Source: Bacteroidota bacterium
GTDB lineage: Bacteria > Bacteroidota > Bacteroidia > UBA8524
Assembly: GCA_016124735.1 (NCBI GenBank)
Contig: WGMZ01000031.1
Location: 121,992-185,991 of the forward strand
Length of the DNA stretch: 64,000 nt
Direction: 5' to 3'
Part shown: positions 9,649 through 18,864 of the stretch, one piece after another
Numbering within the stretch: the stretch's first letter is position 1
Layout: every line of letters starts with the position of its first letter
Made by a program: the position numbers and the translations under genes
Notes under the pieces: generated by a model
What the model was told of the DNA's origin: nothing
What the model saw: only the letters and a program-made list of their open reading frames with translations
Databases searched by the model: none

Positions 9649-10543
9649 TCTGGACATTTCCACAGAGAAATGGGATGCGTGTATACGCGATTCCGAACCA
9701 AGTCTGATCTATGCCTATTCCTGGTATCTGGATGAAGTATGCGATCAATGGGATGGGTTGGTATTAAACGACTACGAGGCAGTAATGCCATTACCATTCA
9801 CTAAATTCCTGGGCATTCGAATCGGACTCCAGCCGCTTTTCGCCCAACAACTGGGAATTTTTAGCCGGGAACTTATTGATCCTACCATCATCGACGCTTT
9901 TCTGAATTCAATCCCCGCAAAATTCAGATGGGTTCGATACCAGTTAAATTATCGAAATAAAGAAGTTCAATTTCCGACCCGAAGCAATTTTGTTCTGGAC
10001 CTAATTCAACCGTATGAACTGCTTCAAAAAAACTATTCGTCCAATCTAAAAAGAAATCTCAAAAAGTCTGTAAACTCATCCTGCGTGTTGCTGGAAGGCA
10101 TTGACTTTCCTTCCATGCTTGAGTTGATTGAATTTCATGCGCAACAAAAAAATACGGGGATCACAGGAAAATCAAAAAGCAAACTCAGCCAACTGATGAA
10201 TATTCTCACGAACAAAGGGGTATTGATGAGTGTTGGACTGTATTCTCCGATGAATCATTTATGTGCCACGGCGCTCTTTTTAAAAGACCGGGAACGAATC
10301 TATTACCTTGTTGGTGCCATGGATGATACGGGAAGAGACTATTATGGATTAGGACGGATAATGGATTATGTAATCGAAAAACATTCCGGGCAGGCCTATA
10401 CCCTCGATTTTGAAGGATCAGAAATTCCAGGTATTGCGCGTTTCATGCGTCAATTTGGACCACAGAACTCTCCATATCCCGTATATTTAAGAAAGGGATT
10501 TGGCCTTTTTAATTCTTTGATGACCCGAAAATTAGGTGACTGA
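9623..10543 (+). CDS. FemAB-like GNAT family acyltransferase (putative)
   Basis: Length and composition resemble FemAB-fold GNAT proteins that commonly pair with the preceding gene family. Start chosen at MSIIQYL, which gives a 26-nt overlap with the upstream gene; the ORF track begins at 9566. Confidence 0.5.
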   Translation: MSIIQYLRNLDISTEKWDACIRDSEPSLIYAYSWYLDEVCDQWDGLVLNDYEAVMPLPFTKFLGIRIGLQPLFAQQLGIFSRELIDPTIIDAFLNSIPAKFRWVRYQLNYRNKEVQFPTRSNFVLDLIQPYELLQKNYSSNLKRNLKKSVNSSCVLLEGIDFPSMLELIEFHAQQKNTGITGKSKSKLSQLMNILTNKGVLMSVGLYSPMNHLCATALFLKDRERIYYLVGAMDDTGRDYYGLGRIMDYVIEKHSGQAYTLDFEGSEIPGIARFMRQFGPQNSPYPVYLRKGFGLFNSLMTRKLGD

Positions 10544-10651
10544 AAAAGCCTGAATCGGGAAAATTTCGACAATCTCAATCCGGACCACCATTTTCCATCT
10601 TGTTTCCATCCAAAAAACCTTATTTTGCGGAACTTTTTGAAAAAGTGAATT

Positions 10652-12778
10652 ATGGCAGTTATTGAAAAAATCAGACAACGTAGTGGCCTTCTTATTGGAA
10701 TTATTGGTCTTGCGTTGCTCTCCTTTTTGATTTCCGACGCGATTAACAGCAACTCTAGCTTGTTCCGTGGACAAGATAATACCGTTGGAGTCATCGATGG
10801 AAACACGATTACGTATCAGGATTTCAGCGAGAAATCGCAACAGATTGCAGATAATCTGGAACAACAGGGTCAACCTGTGAACGAGTTTACCCAGAACATG
10901 ATTCGGGAACAACTTTGGAATGACTATTTCCAAAAACTTGTTGTCGATAAGCAGTACGAAGAACTGGGTTTGACCGTAAGCAATGTAGAATTGTTTAACG
11001 CGGTTACAAATCCTGTTGACATTCCTCAAATCAGAGATGCTCAGGCATTTAAAAATCCGGAAACACAGCAATTCGACCCAAACAAGGTCATCGAATACCT
11101 GAAAAACTTAGACAAGGACGAAACCGGCCAGGCGAAAAGACAATGGGTGGATTTCGAAGAAAAAAGTTTGAAGCCACTTCTTGTTCAGAAAAAATACAAT
11201 GCCCTGTTGAGTAAAGCGGTTTATCGTACCGCGCTTGAAACCAAGTTTGAAACTGAATCCAACCTGGTAAGTGCCGATGCAAAAGTGGTGGGATTTAATT
11301 TTAACAGCATTGTAGATGATTCGGTTTCAGTAAGCGATGACGAAATGCAAGCTTATCTGGATGCGCATCCGGATAAATACCAGCAAAAAGCAACTCGTCG
11401 CCTGGAATATGTAATGTTCGACATCTTTCCTTCCAAAGAAGACACATTAAAAACCCTGAATTGGGTTGAGAGTAAAAAAGAAGGATTCGAAACTGCAAGC
11501 AATGATACTACTTACATTAATAACTGGAGTGAGACCGGTTTCGACACTACCTTCAAACCTCGTGGTACCTTCCCGGAAACTGTGGATGAGCAAATCTTCT
11601 CTTCTCCGGAAGGTACAGTGATCGGACCAACCTACGAAGGAGGAAAATTCTCCATCTATAAAGTCCTCCATTTCAAAGAAGACACAGTTCCTTATATCCG
11701 TGCTCAGCAAATCCTGGTAAAACCAAGAGGAGGATACGAAAGAGAAGACTCATTGAAGGCATTGTCCAGAGCAAATGCAATGGCTGCAGCTTTGAGAAAT
11801 GGCGCCGACTTCACTCAAATGGCCAAAGACTCCAGTCAGGATTATCGTACTGCTTCCAAAGGCGGCGACCTTGGATGGATGAAAAAAGGAAGCGGAGCCT
11901 TGAAGCAAGAAGTTGAAAGACAATTGTATGAGACTCCATTGGGAGGAATCATTGTTGTTCGCAGTTCTACAGGTGTTCAGATCTTGAAGGTCACCGGCGC
12001 AAAAACCACTAAACTCGCCATGGTTGGCGAAATTGGACGTGTTGTAAACTACAGCAGCACCACAGAAAATGCCGTGTACGACAAAGCCTACCAATTCGCC
12101 GCCAACAGCCGCGATGGTAATGCATTCTCCGACAATGCAGAATCCGCAGGCTATATCAAACGCATCACGGAAGACCTTACTGAAGGCGACGCCACTATAC
12201 CCAATATTGAAAATTCCCGCGAGCTTGTTCGCTGGGCATTCAATCCAGATCGTGAATTAAACGACGTTTCTGATGTTATTACAGTCGATAATCGCTTTGT
12301 GGTTGCGCGATTGGTAGACATAAAAGAAGCAGGAATTGCGAAAATAGATGATGTACGCGAACGTTTGGAGAACGATACCCGCATACAGAAAAAAGCAAAA
12401 ATGCTGATGACCCGCATCAATGATGCAATGGCTCCGGATAAGTCCATTGAACAATTGGCTATCGACATGGGAGCGATTGTAAACAATGCCCCGAATACGG
12501 TATTCTCCAATCCGAACCTGCCATTTATTGGCAACGATCCGGCGCTGGTTGGAGCAATTATGGGTGCTGAAGTGAATAAAATGTACGGCCCTCTCGAAAC
12601 GACGAATGGGGTATATGCCTTCATTGTAACGAACCGTCAGGAAAATCCATTTCAGGGCGATTTGAAACAAGAGCAACTCAAAATGATCAACGAAACAGGC
12701 AATCAAATTACAGGTCGCGCTTTTGAAGCCCTGAAGAAGATGGCGGATATTAAAGATTACCGTTACAAATTTTTCTAA
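10652..12778 (+). CDS. periplasmic peptidyl-prolyl isomerase / chaperone (PpiD/SurA-like)
   Basis: 708 aa. N-terminal membrane anchor (LLIGIIGLALLSFLI), a SurA_N-like region, and a parvulin PPIase domain (QILVKPRGG...DFTQMAKDSSQDYRTASKGGDLGWMKKG). Confidence 0.8.
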   Translation: MAVIEKIRQRSGLLIGIIGLALLSFLISDAINSNSSLFRGQDNTVGVIDGNTITYQDFSEKSQQIADNLEQQGQPVNEFTQNMIREQLWNDYFQKLVVDKQYEELGLTVSNVELFNAVTNPVDIPQIRDAQAFKNPETQQFDPNKVIEYLKNLDKDETGQAKRQWVDFEEKSLKPLLVQKKYNALLSKAVYRTALETKFETESNLVSADAKVVGFNFNSIVDDSVSVSDDEMQAYLDAHPDKYQQKATRRLEYVMFDIFPSKEDTLKTLNWVESKKEGFETASNDTTYINNWSETGFDTTFKPRGTFPETVDEQIFSSPEGTVIGPTYEGGKFSIYKVLHFKEDTVPYIRAQQILVKPRGGYEREDSLKALSRANAMAAALRNGADFTQMAKDSSQDYRTASKGGDLGWMKKGSGALKQEVERQLYETPLGGIIVVRSSTGVQILKVTGAKTTKLAMVGEIGRVVNYSSTTENAVYDKAYQFAANSRDGNAFSDNAESAGYIKRITEDLTEGDATIPNIENSRELVRWAFNPDRELNDVSDVITVDNRFVVARLVDIKEAGIAKIDDVRERLENDTRIQKKAKMLMTRINDAMAPDKSIEQLAIDMGAIVNNAPNTVFSNPNLPFIGNDPALVGAIMGAEVNKMYGPLETTNGVYAFIVTNRQENPFQGDLKQEQLKMINETGNQITGRAFEALKKMADIKDYRYKFF

Positions 12779-12797
12779 GCCCTAAGATTTGCAGATA

Positions 12798-12826
12798 AAA
12801 GCCAGCATTCGTGCTGGCTTTTTTTA
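12798..12826 (+). terminator. rho-independent terminator after the ppiD-like gene
   Basis: AAAAGCCAGCA-TTCG-TGCTGGC followed by TTTTTTT. Perfect 7-bp GC-rich stem plus T-tract, 20 nt after the stop. Confidence 0.75.
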
Positions 12827-12838
12827 TTACTTTGTTTT

Positions 12839-13594
12839 ATGCTTCATTTCAGCGACCGTGGTAATGGACATACTTTGGTGATGCTTCATGGTTTTTGTGA
12901 AGATCATCGAATTTGGGAATCCTTCATCGCTCAATTTCCTGATAGCCTTCGAATTATTTGCATGGACCTTCCGGGTTTCGGAAAAAGCCAGAATGGACAG
13001 GAAGATTTAAATTCCTGGGCACAGTATTGTCTAGATACCTTAAAATCAGCCGGATTTGACAAATTTTCCCTTTGTGGCCATTCCCTCGGTGGTTATGTTG
13101 CACTGGCCATGCTGAATAAGGCTCCTGAAAGGATATTGCATTATATTTCTTTTCATTCCACCGCCGAACCCGACTCAATGGAGCGCGCCCAAAACAGACT
13201 TCGCCAGGTTCGCTTTCTCCAAAATTATGGGGTGGATCCTTATGTGAGGCAATTGGTGCCCGGATTATTCCGCCCGGGAACAGACGAAGTAATTATTCAA
13301 TATGCCCTGAATATTGCCTCGGAACAGAATGCCGAATGCCTGGCTTCCGCTTTAAGATCAATGCTTCAGCGGCCAGACCGGAATAAACTCCTGAAAAGTA
13401 TAAGCTGCCCTGTAATGTATATCAGTGGAGTTCATGATGCCATTTTAAGCATGGACACACAAACAACGCAGATTAATTCCTGCATAAAGGGGAAACATCT
13501 TGTCTTGAAAAATTCCGGACATATGGGAATGTTGGAAGAACCCGAAATATGTCGTGCCACACTTCTTGAATGGCTGAGTTTAACTCCTAGCTAA
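12839..13594 (+). CDS. alpha/beta hydrolase fold protein
   Basis: 251 aa. HGF oxyanion motif and nucleophile elbow GHSLGG; C-terminal His (SGHMGM). Confidence 0.8.
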   Translation: MLHFSDRGNGHTLVMLHGFCEDHRIWESFIAQFPDSLRIICMDLPGFGKSQNGQEDLNSWAQYCLDTLKSAGFDKFSLCGHSLGGYVALAMLNKAPERILHYISFHSTAEPDSMERAQNRLRQVRFLQNYGVDPYVRQLVPGLFRPGTDEVIIQYALNIASEQNAECLASALRSMLQRPDRNKLLKSISCPVMYISGVHDAILSMDTQTTQINSCIKGKHLVLKNSGHMGMLEEPEICRATLLEWLSLTPS

Positions 13595-14630
13595 GGTTCC
13601 AGGTGGCGCTGACAGATCGCCATTTGTCGAGACAAGATTGAAAATCATCCGGAAGTTCTGATTCGAAGTACATCTTTTCCTTTGTTTTCGGATGAATAAA
13701 TCCAAGTGACTTCGCATGGAGTGCCTGTCTGGGCAAGGTTTCAAACTGATTTTGAATGAACTGCCTGAATTTAGGCAATTGTATGCCCTTCAGAATTTTA
13801 TCCCCGCCATAGGTCCGGTCGTTGAAGATTGGATGACCAATGTACCGCATATGCGCGCGGATCTGATGGGTTCTTCCGGTTTCCAGCCTACATTCTATCA
13901 GGGTCGCATAATGAAAGCGCTCCAAAACTTTCCAGTGCGTGATTGCCGGTTTGCCTTTATCCGGGTCTTCAAAGACCATCATCTGCAAACGGTCCTTGGG
14001 ATTTCTGTCGAGGTTGCCCTCAATTGTGCCTTCGTCTTCCTCAAAATCGCCCCAAACCAAGGCCTGGTAACTTCTTTCAATGCTGTGGTCAAAGAATTGC
14101 TTCGCCAAATGGGTCATGGACAATTCGTTCTTGCTTATCACCAACAATCCGGAGGTGTCTTTGTCGATGCGGTGAACTAATCCCGGTCTTTGCTCGCCAT
14201 TTCTGGAAACCGGTAATTGATCGAAATGGTAAACCAAAGCATTGACCAGCGTCCCGGTATAATTATTAAATCCTGGATGGACTACCATTCCGGGTGCTTT
14301 ATTGACAATGAGCAAGTCATCGTCTTCAAAAAGAATATCCAATGGAATGTCTTCCGGGTACACCGTGGTATCTCTGGGCGGGTTAGGAAGAACCACGCTT
14401 ATTATGTCGAGCGGCTTTACCTTGTAGTTGGATTTAACCACGTGGTCATTAACCAAAATGCACCCTTCCTGCGCGGCATTCTGAATCTTGGTACGGCTGG
14501 CATTTTCAATGCGCAGCATCAGGAATTTATCGATGCGCAATAAACCCTGGCCTCTATCCACCTGAATTCGGAAGTGCTCATAGAGTTCCTGATCTTCATT
14601 ATCCTGATTGAATTCCTCTTCTTCGCGCAT
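13587..14630 (-). CDS. rluD: RluA-family 23S rRNA pseudouridine synthase (RluD-like)
   Basis: 347 aa. S4 domain followed by the catalytic motif HRIDKDTSGLLV and HQIRAHM. Confidence 0.85.
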   Translation of the reverse strand: MREEEEFNQDNEDQELYEHFRIQVDRGQGLLRIDKFLMLRIENASRTKIQNAAQEGCILVNDHVVKSNYKVKPLDIISVVLPNPPRDTTVYPEDIPLDILFEDDDLLIVNKAPGMVVHPGFNNYTGTLVNALVYHFDQLPVSRNGEQRPGLVHRIDKDTSGLLVISKNELSMTHLAKQFFDHSIERSYQALVWGDFEEDEGTIEGNLDRNPKDRLQMMVFEDPDKGKPAITHWKVLERFHYATLIECRLETGRTHQIRAHMRYIGHPIFNDRTYGGDKILKGIQLPKFRQFIQNQFETLPRQALHAKSLGFIHPKTKEKMYFESELPDDFQSCLDKWRSVSATWNLS

Positions 14631-14793
14631 GGTACAAAGATGCTCACATTTTGCCGATTGAATGGCCTACAAAAGAAAAAACCCTTTTGTGTGTGGGCAC
14701 AAAAGGGCATTCATGTGTTTTGGTTTGGTTTGGTTTGACAGTATAAAGCTTGATATCTTTACGAGTACTAAGTTAACAATAAAATAATCATAA

Positions 14794-16035
14794 ATGCGTT
14801 ATCCGGTCACTGTTTTTTTTTCGATTTTTTCATGGATTCTCTCAATACCCGCATCGGCGCAGGTTATCAGCCAAAATAAAAATATGCCCAATGAAGTTTC
14901 CATCGCGGTTAATCATCTTGATGAGTCCTATATCGTGGTCGGAAGTAACATTAACAACCTCTATTCCAGTGCAGATAGCGGACAAAGCTGGAAAGAGTTT
15001 TCGATTCAAAGCACATTCGGAATTGGAGGAGATCCCTGCCTGAACTCAGATGATTCGGGGATCTTCTATTATGCTCACCTGAGTCGCACTCCCGGAAAGA
15101 AAAGACCCGAGTGGTACGACCGCATGGTAGTGCACCGCTCACTAGATGGAGGACAAAGCTGGAACGAAGGCGTTGGGGTTGGATTCAACAATGGGAAGAT
15201 GCAAGACAAAGAATGGCTATGCAGCGACGGCAACTCCAGTAGTCCGTACAAAGGCAACCTCTATATCAGCTGGACTGAGTTCGACGAATACAATAGCAGC
15301 GATCCCGACAAACATAGTCGCATCCGTTTTGCGCGAAGTACAGACCGGGGATTAAGTTTTGAAGAACCGGTGGTGGTATCGGATATGGAAGGAAATTGCG
15401 AAGATGATGATCAAACAGTTGAAGGTGCCACCGTTGCCATCGGACCTTTTGGAGAAATCTACATTGTCTGGGCAGGAAATGGTAAACTTTGGATGGATGT
15501 ATCGCTCGATGGAGGAAAAACTTTTGGAGTAGATAAAGTGATTGCAGATTTGCATGAAGGATGGACCCTGGAGATTGACCATATTTACCGAAGCAATGGC
15601 ATGCCATTTATTGCGTGTAACCCGCAGACAGGAGAGATATGGGTTTGTTTTAGCGATCGCAAGGAGGGAGAAGTAGCCCGAATTAATTTGTTGAGAAGTC
15701 CCGGCGATTTAAGTGTTTGGACAACCTACAATGTGGGCAATCCGGATATGGGCGATGTATTCTTTCCAAATGTATGCCTGAATCCACGCACGGGCCAGGT
15801 CGGTGTAGTCTATTACCAATGTCGTGGAAAAAAGAAAATGCAGGTAGACCTGTACTTGCTAAGTGCCTTGCATGCGCCATCGCATCAAACCTTATCCAAA
15901 CCGTTTAAGAGGCCGGGAAAAAAAGTGTTTTTCGGCGACTACATTGATTTGGACTATATCGGCAAGAGTTTCATAGCTACCTGGACCAGTTTTGAAAAAA
16001 AGAAGCTGGTAGTCCGGGTAAAAAGAGCCGAATGA
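14794..16035 (+). CDS. BNR/Asp-box repeat protein (sialidase-like glycoside hydrolase fold), secreted
   Basis: 413 aa. Signal peptide. Four Asp-box motifs (SADSGQSW, SLDGGQSW, STDRGLSF, SLDGGKTF). Confidence 0.65.
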   Translation: MRYPVTVFFSIFSWILSIPASAQVISQNKNMPNEVSIAVNHLDESYIVVGSNINNLYSSADSGQSWKEFSIQSTFGIGGDPCLNSDDSGIFYYAHLSRTPGKKRPEWYDRMVVHRSLDGGQSWNEGVGVGFNNGKMQDKEWLCSDGNSSSPYKGNLYISWTEFDEYNSSDPDKHSRIRFARSTDRGLSFEEPVVVSDMEGNCEDDDQTVEGATVAIGPFGEIYIVWAGNGKLWMDVSLDGGKTFGVDKVIADLHEGWTLEIDHIYRSNGMPFIACNPQTGEIWVCFSDRKEGEVARINLLRSPGDLSVWTTYNVGNPDMGDVFFPNVCLNPRTGQVGVVYYQCRGKKKMQVDLYLLSALHAPSHQTLSKPFKRPGKKVFFGDYIDLDYIGKSFIATWTSFEKKKLVVRVKRAE

Positions 16036-16114
16036 AGTACAAGTAGTTGTGGAGGAGAAATAATACCGGAACATAAATTATTTATAATTTGAATTTCAGT
16101 AAATTACTTCTATC

Positions 16115-16429
16115 ATGCTAGGAAACAGACCCTGGACCGATTGGATAAATGAGTATTCGAAGAGCCACCAAAATCCGGCGAATCGTCTTTGCCATATTAT
16201 TGGAATCCCGTTGATTGTCCTATCTATTGTCATGCTACCATTGGCCCTATTTTTCAAGGGGATTTGGATGTATTCCCTGGCTTTCTTTCTGATAGGTTGG
16301 GCATTTCAGTTTATCGGACATGCCTTTGAAAGAAAAGCTCCGGAATTCTTTAAAGATTGGCGCTTTCTATTTGTAGGTGTTCGTTGGTGGATTCAAAAGG
16401 TGCTGCTTCGCAAGGATAAAAGCAGCTGA
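16115..16429 (+). CDS. DUF962 (Mpo1-like) membrane protein
   Basis: 104 aa. Two TM helices and a conserved HIIG...GHAFE pattern. Confidence 0.6.
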   Translation: MLGNRPWTDWINEYSKSHQNPANRLCHIIGIPLIVLSIVMLPLALFFKGIWMYSLAFFLIGWAFQFIGHAFERKAPEFFKDWRFLFVGVRWWIQKVLLRKDKSS

Positions 16430-16458
16430 AAGCCGGGAGCTTTTTTATATTTGTCGCA

Positions 16459-17208
16459 ATGAAACTGCTTGAAAATAAAGTTGCCCTGATTACTGGCGCC
16501 ACGCGCGGTATAGGTAAGGGAATCGCTGAACGTTTTGCTTCAGAAGGTGCAGATGTAGCCTTTTCTTTTGCCTCATCTGAGGAGAAAGCCCGAAGCCTGG
16601 AAAAGGAACTGGAAGCCAATTATGGAATCAAAGCCAAAGGCTATAAGTCCAACGCCGCCGTATTCAGTGAATCAGAAGAACTGGTCAATAATGTGTTGGC
16701 TGATTTTGGAAAAATCGATATTCTGGTAAACAATGCAGGAATCACACGAGATAATTTATTAATGCGCATGACGGAGGAGCAATGGGATGAGGTAATCAAT
16801 ACCAATTTGAAATCCTCTTTCAATCTCACAAAAGCCATCATGCGTCCTTTCCTGAAACAGAGATCCGGCTCCATCATTAACATGACTTCCGTGGTCGGCG
16901 TAATGGGAAATGCAGGACAAGCAAACTACGCGGCATCAAAGGCCGGGATGATTGGATTTACGAAATCGGTTGCCAAAGAACTGGGTTCACGTAATATTCG
17001 CTGTAATTCGATTGCGCCCGGATTCATCGCTACGGAAATGACCGATCAATTGGGAGAAGAAACGCTGAAATCATGGTCTGAAAGTATTCCGTTGAAACGA
17101 GGAGGAACACCGGAAGACGTGGCCAATGCCTGCGTGTTCCTCGGTTCTGATTTGTCTGCCTACATCACTGGTCAAACATTGCATGTAGACGGTGGTATGT
17201 TGATGTAG
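16459..17208 (+). CDS. fabG: 3-oxoacyl-[ACP] reductase
   Basis: 249 aa. TGATRGIGKGIA and NNAG motifs; YAASK catalytic motif; full-length SDR of FabG type. Confidence 0.88.
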   Translation: MKLLENKVALITGATRGIGKGIAERFASEGADVAFSFASSEEKARSLEKELEANYGIKAKGYKSNAAVFSESEELVNNVLADFGKIDILVNNAGITRDNLLMRMTEEQWDEVINTNLKSSFNLTKAIMRPFLKQRSGSIINMTSVVGVMGNAGQANYAASKAGMIGFTKSVAKELGSRNIRCNSIAPGFIATEMTDQLGEETLKSWSESIPLKRGGTPEDVANACVFLGSDLSAYITGQTLHVDGGMLM

Positions 17209-17301
17209 GTTATAGAGATTTTAGAGGATTTAGACTTTTTAGACGAATAAGAGATTATGTCCTTCATCCCTACCTTGGCTATATCAAATTAAAACAAACA
17301 A

Positions 17302-18813
17302 CTATTCTACAATTACTTTAGCAGAATAGGTATTCCCAAGATAATCCTGTATGCGGAGCAGATAGATGCCGTGAGCTAATTTCCGGGTATCCATCTCCTT
17401 TGCTGCAGGATTTATAGTTATACAGCGACCCTGCATATCGCAGAGCGTAATCGACTGCGCTTCCTTTTCATGGGGCAACTCCCAGTGCAGAATTCCACTT
17501 GTGGGGTTTGGGTAACATTTCAGCTGGCCCTGAATTTTAGGTCTTGCTAAACCAGAAATATTTTGCTTCCAATAATTCTGCACCTCATCCGCATGGATAT
17601 AATAATCGCAAATATTATCTAATACACTCTTTTGTTTTTGAGTGAAGATATAGGCAATATCCAACTTGATAATGTCTCCATGATTCAGTGAAACCGGTCC
17701 GGTGGTGCCAAGCATATTTCTTCGTCCCGGCACAATACCGGAACTTCCATATTCCGTCCATCCACTTCCTTTGCAGGGGTCGCCCTGAAAAAGAAATGAT
17801 TTTTGCGACGAATTGGGATCCGATATTTCACTTCCATCCTTCCACTTTGCTTTCATATACCCGTAGTATTCCTGGGGAGTTTCGGGCCAGCCCATATAAT
17901 TGTTTGTGTTCCAGTTGAATGAAATACTCTTATTCATGCGGGCATTTAAAAACTTGACGCCCATCACCGGTGGTTGATCGAGATAACCATTGGAATCATA
18001 AGGATAACCGTTGTAACAGAAATAACTGTTTCTCGCGCTATCGGTACTAATGTAATTATCACCATCAAAACCCAGCATAAAGTCGGTGTAGATTCCGGCA
18101 TACACTGAATCGTAGCGGGAGTAACTTCGATTTATTATCCGGTACTGAACAAAAACAACCTGCGGAAGTTCAGACATGGTGTATACCATTTGATAGACTT
18201 CCAAACCCATGGCTTGTGTGCCGCTCTGTTGATGATACGGACGCTTGTCGTTGTAAATCGAATAGGCCGCTTCCTGTCCTTTGAAATATGGTATTTCGCC
18301 GGAATCCGGCTCATAAATCATGTTTTGATTCAGGTCAATAAAGGGCGCCAATACCGGACTGTAATCTCCGGGCCGTGAATTCGATCCGGGCCAGTTTTCG
18401 ATCACCCAGGGTGCGGTATAGTTTGAGTTGTTGTAAGCTGATTTATGGATAGCCACTTGCGCGGAATCTACATGCCAAGTGAAATTCCAATAGGATGTAT
18501 CGTCTGCCTGTATTGTGCTCCGGTCTACTGGGCCTGGTTGAAAGTCTCTGCCGCTGCTGTCGTAACATGCAATGGCCAAACGAATTCCTCCGGAGCTGTC
18601 TTGCCCCCCTACCCACAGCCCGGAAGAGCGGATACCATATACTCCGGAACCTTTAGGCACTTCAAACCCAGGTTTTCCACGGTTTTCGAAATTAACCCCG
18701 GCATTTTGTACATAATAGCGTATTCCTCCCATTTGAAGCACTTCGATGCTTTGCTGGCCAAACAGAATGGTATTGAGAAAGATGAAAAAGAAAAACCCTG
18801 CCTTGCGTTTCAT
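17302..18813 (-). CDS. T9SS type-A C-terminal-sorting-domain protein (secreted, function unknown)
   Basis: 503 aa. Signal peptide. The C-terminal ~80 aa fit the T9SS CTD pattern (CYPNPTSGILHWEL...GIYLLRIQ...KVIVE). Confidence 0.7.
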   Translation of the reverse strand: MKRKAGFFFFIFLNTILFGQQSIEVLQMGGIRYYVQNAGVNFENRGKPGFEVPKGSGVYGIRSSGLWVGGQDSSGGIRLAIACYDSSGRDFQPGPVDRSTIQADDTSYWNFTWHVDSAQVAIHKSAYNNSNYTAPWVIENWPGSNSRPGDYSPVLAPFIDLNQNMIYEPDSGEIPYFKGQEAAYSIYNDKRPYHQQSGTQAMGLEVYQMVYTMSELPQVVFVQYRIINRSYSRYDSVYAGIYTDFMLGFDGDNYISTDSARNSYFCYNGYPYDSNGYLDQPPVMGVKFLNARMNKSISFNWNTNNYMGWPETPQEYYGYMKAKWKDGSEISDPNSSQKSFLFQGDPCKGSGWTEYGSSGIVPGRRNMLGTTGPVSLNHGDIIKLDIAYIFTQKQKSVLDNICDYYIHADEVQNYWKQNISGLARPKIQGQLKCYPNPTSGILHWELPHEKEAQSITLCDMQGRCITINPAAKEMDTRKLAHGIYLLRIQDYLGNTYSAKVIVE

Positions 18814-18864
18814 TTATTTCAAATTAAACCAAAGCAGGGTAAAGACTGAAAATTTTTCGTTGTA

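Noticed and set aside
10600-10660. Bacteroidota-type promoter (-33 TTG / -7 TAnnTTTG) upstream of the ppiD-like gene at TTATTTTGCGG
   Set aside because: The match is one T short of the TAnnTTTG consensus, with no clear -33 TTG at the expected spacing. Comparable near-matches upstream of rbfA and the RAYT gene were equally imperfect, so no promoter calls were made.
10450-12706. Multiple 60-180-aa ORFs on the minus strand (10450..10806, 10532..11071, 11750..12094, 12151..12624, 12257..12706)
   Set aside because: All are antisense to, and nested within, the well-supported ppiD-like gene or its 5' region. They are low-complexity translations with no family resemblance, so shadow ORFs.
16430-16452. 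Possible terminator after the DUF962 gene (AAAAGCAGCTGAAAGCCGGGAGCTTTTTT)
   Set aside because: Only a 4-bp AGCT stem or an AU-rich AAAAGC/GCTTTT pairing is available. Too weak to call.
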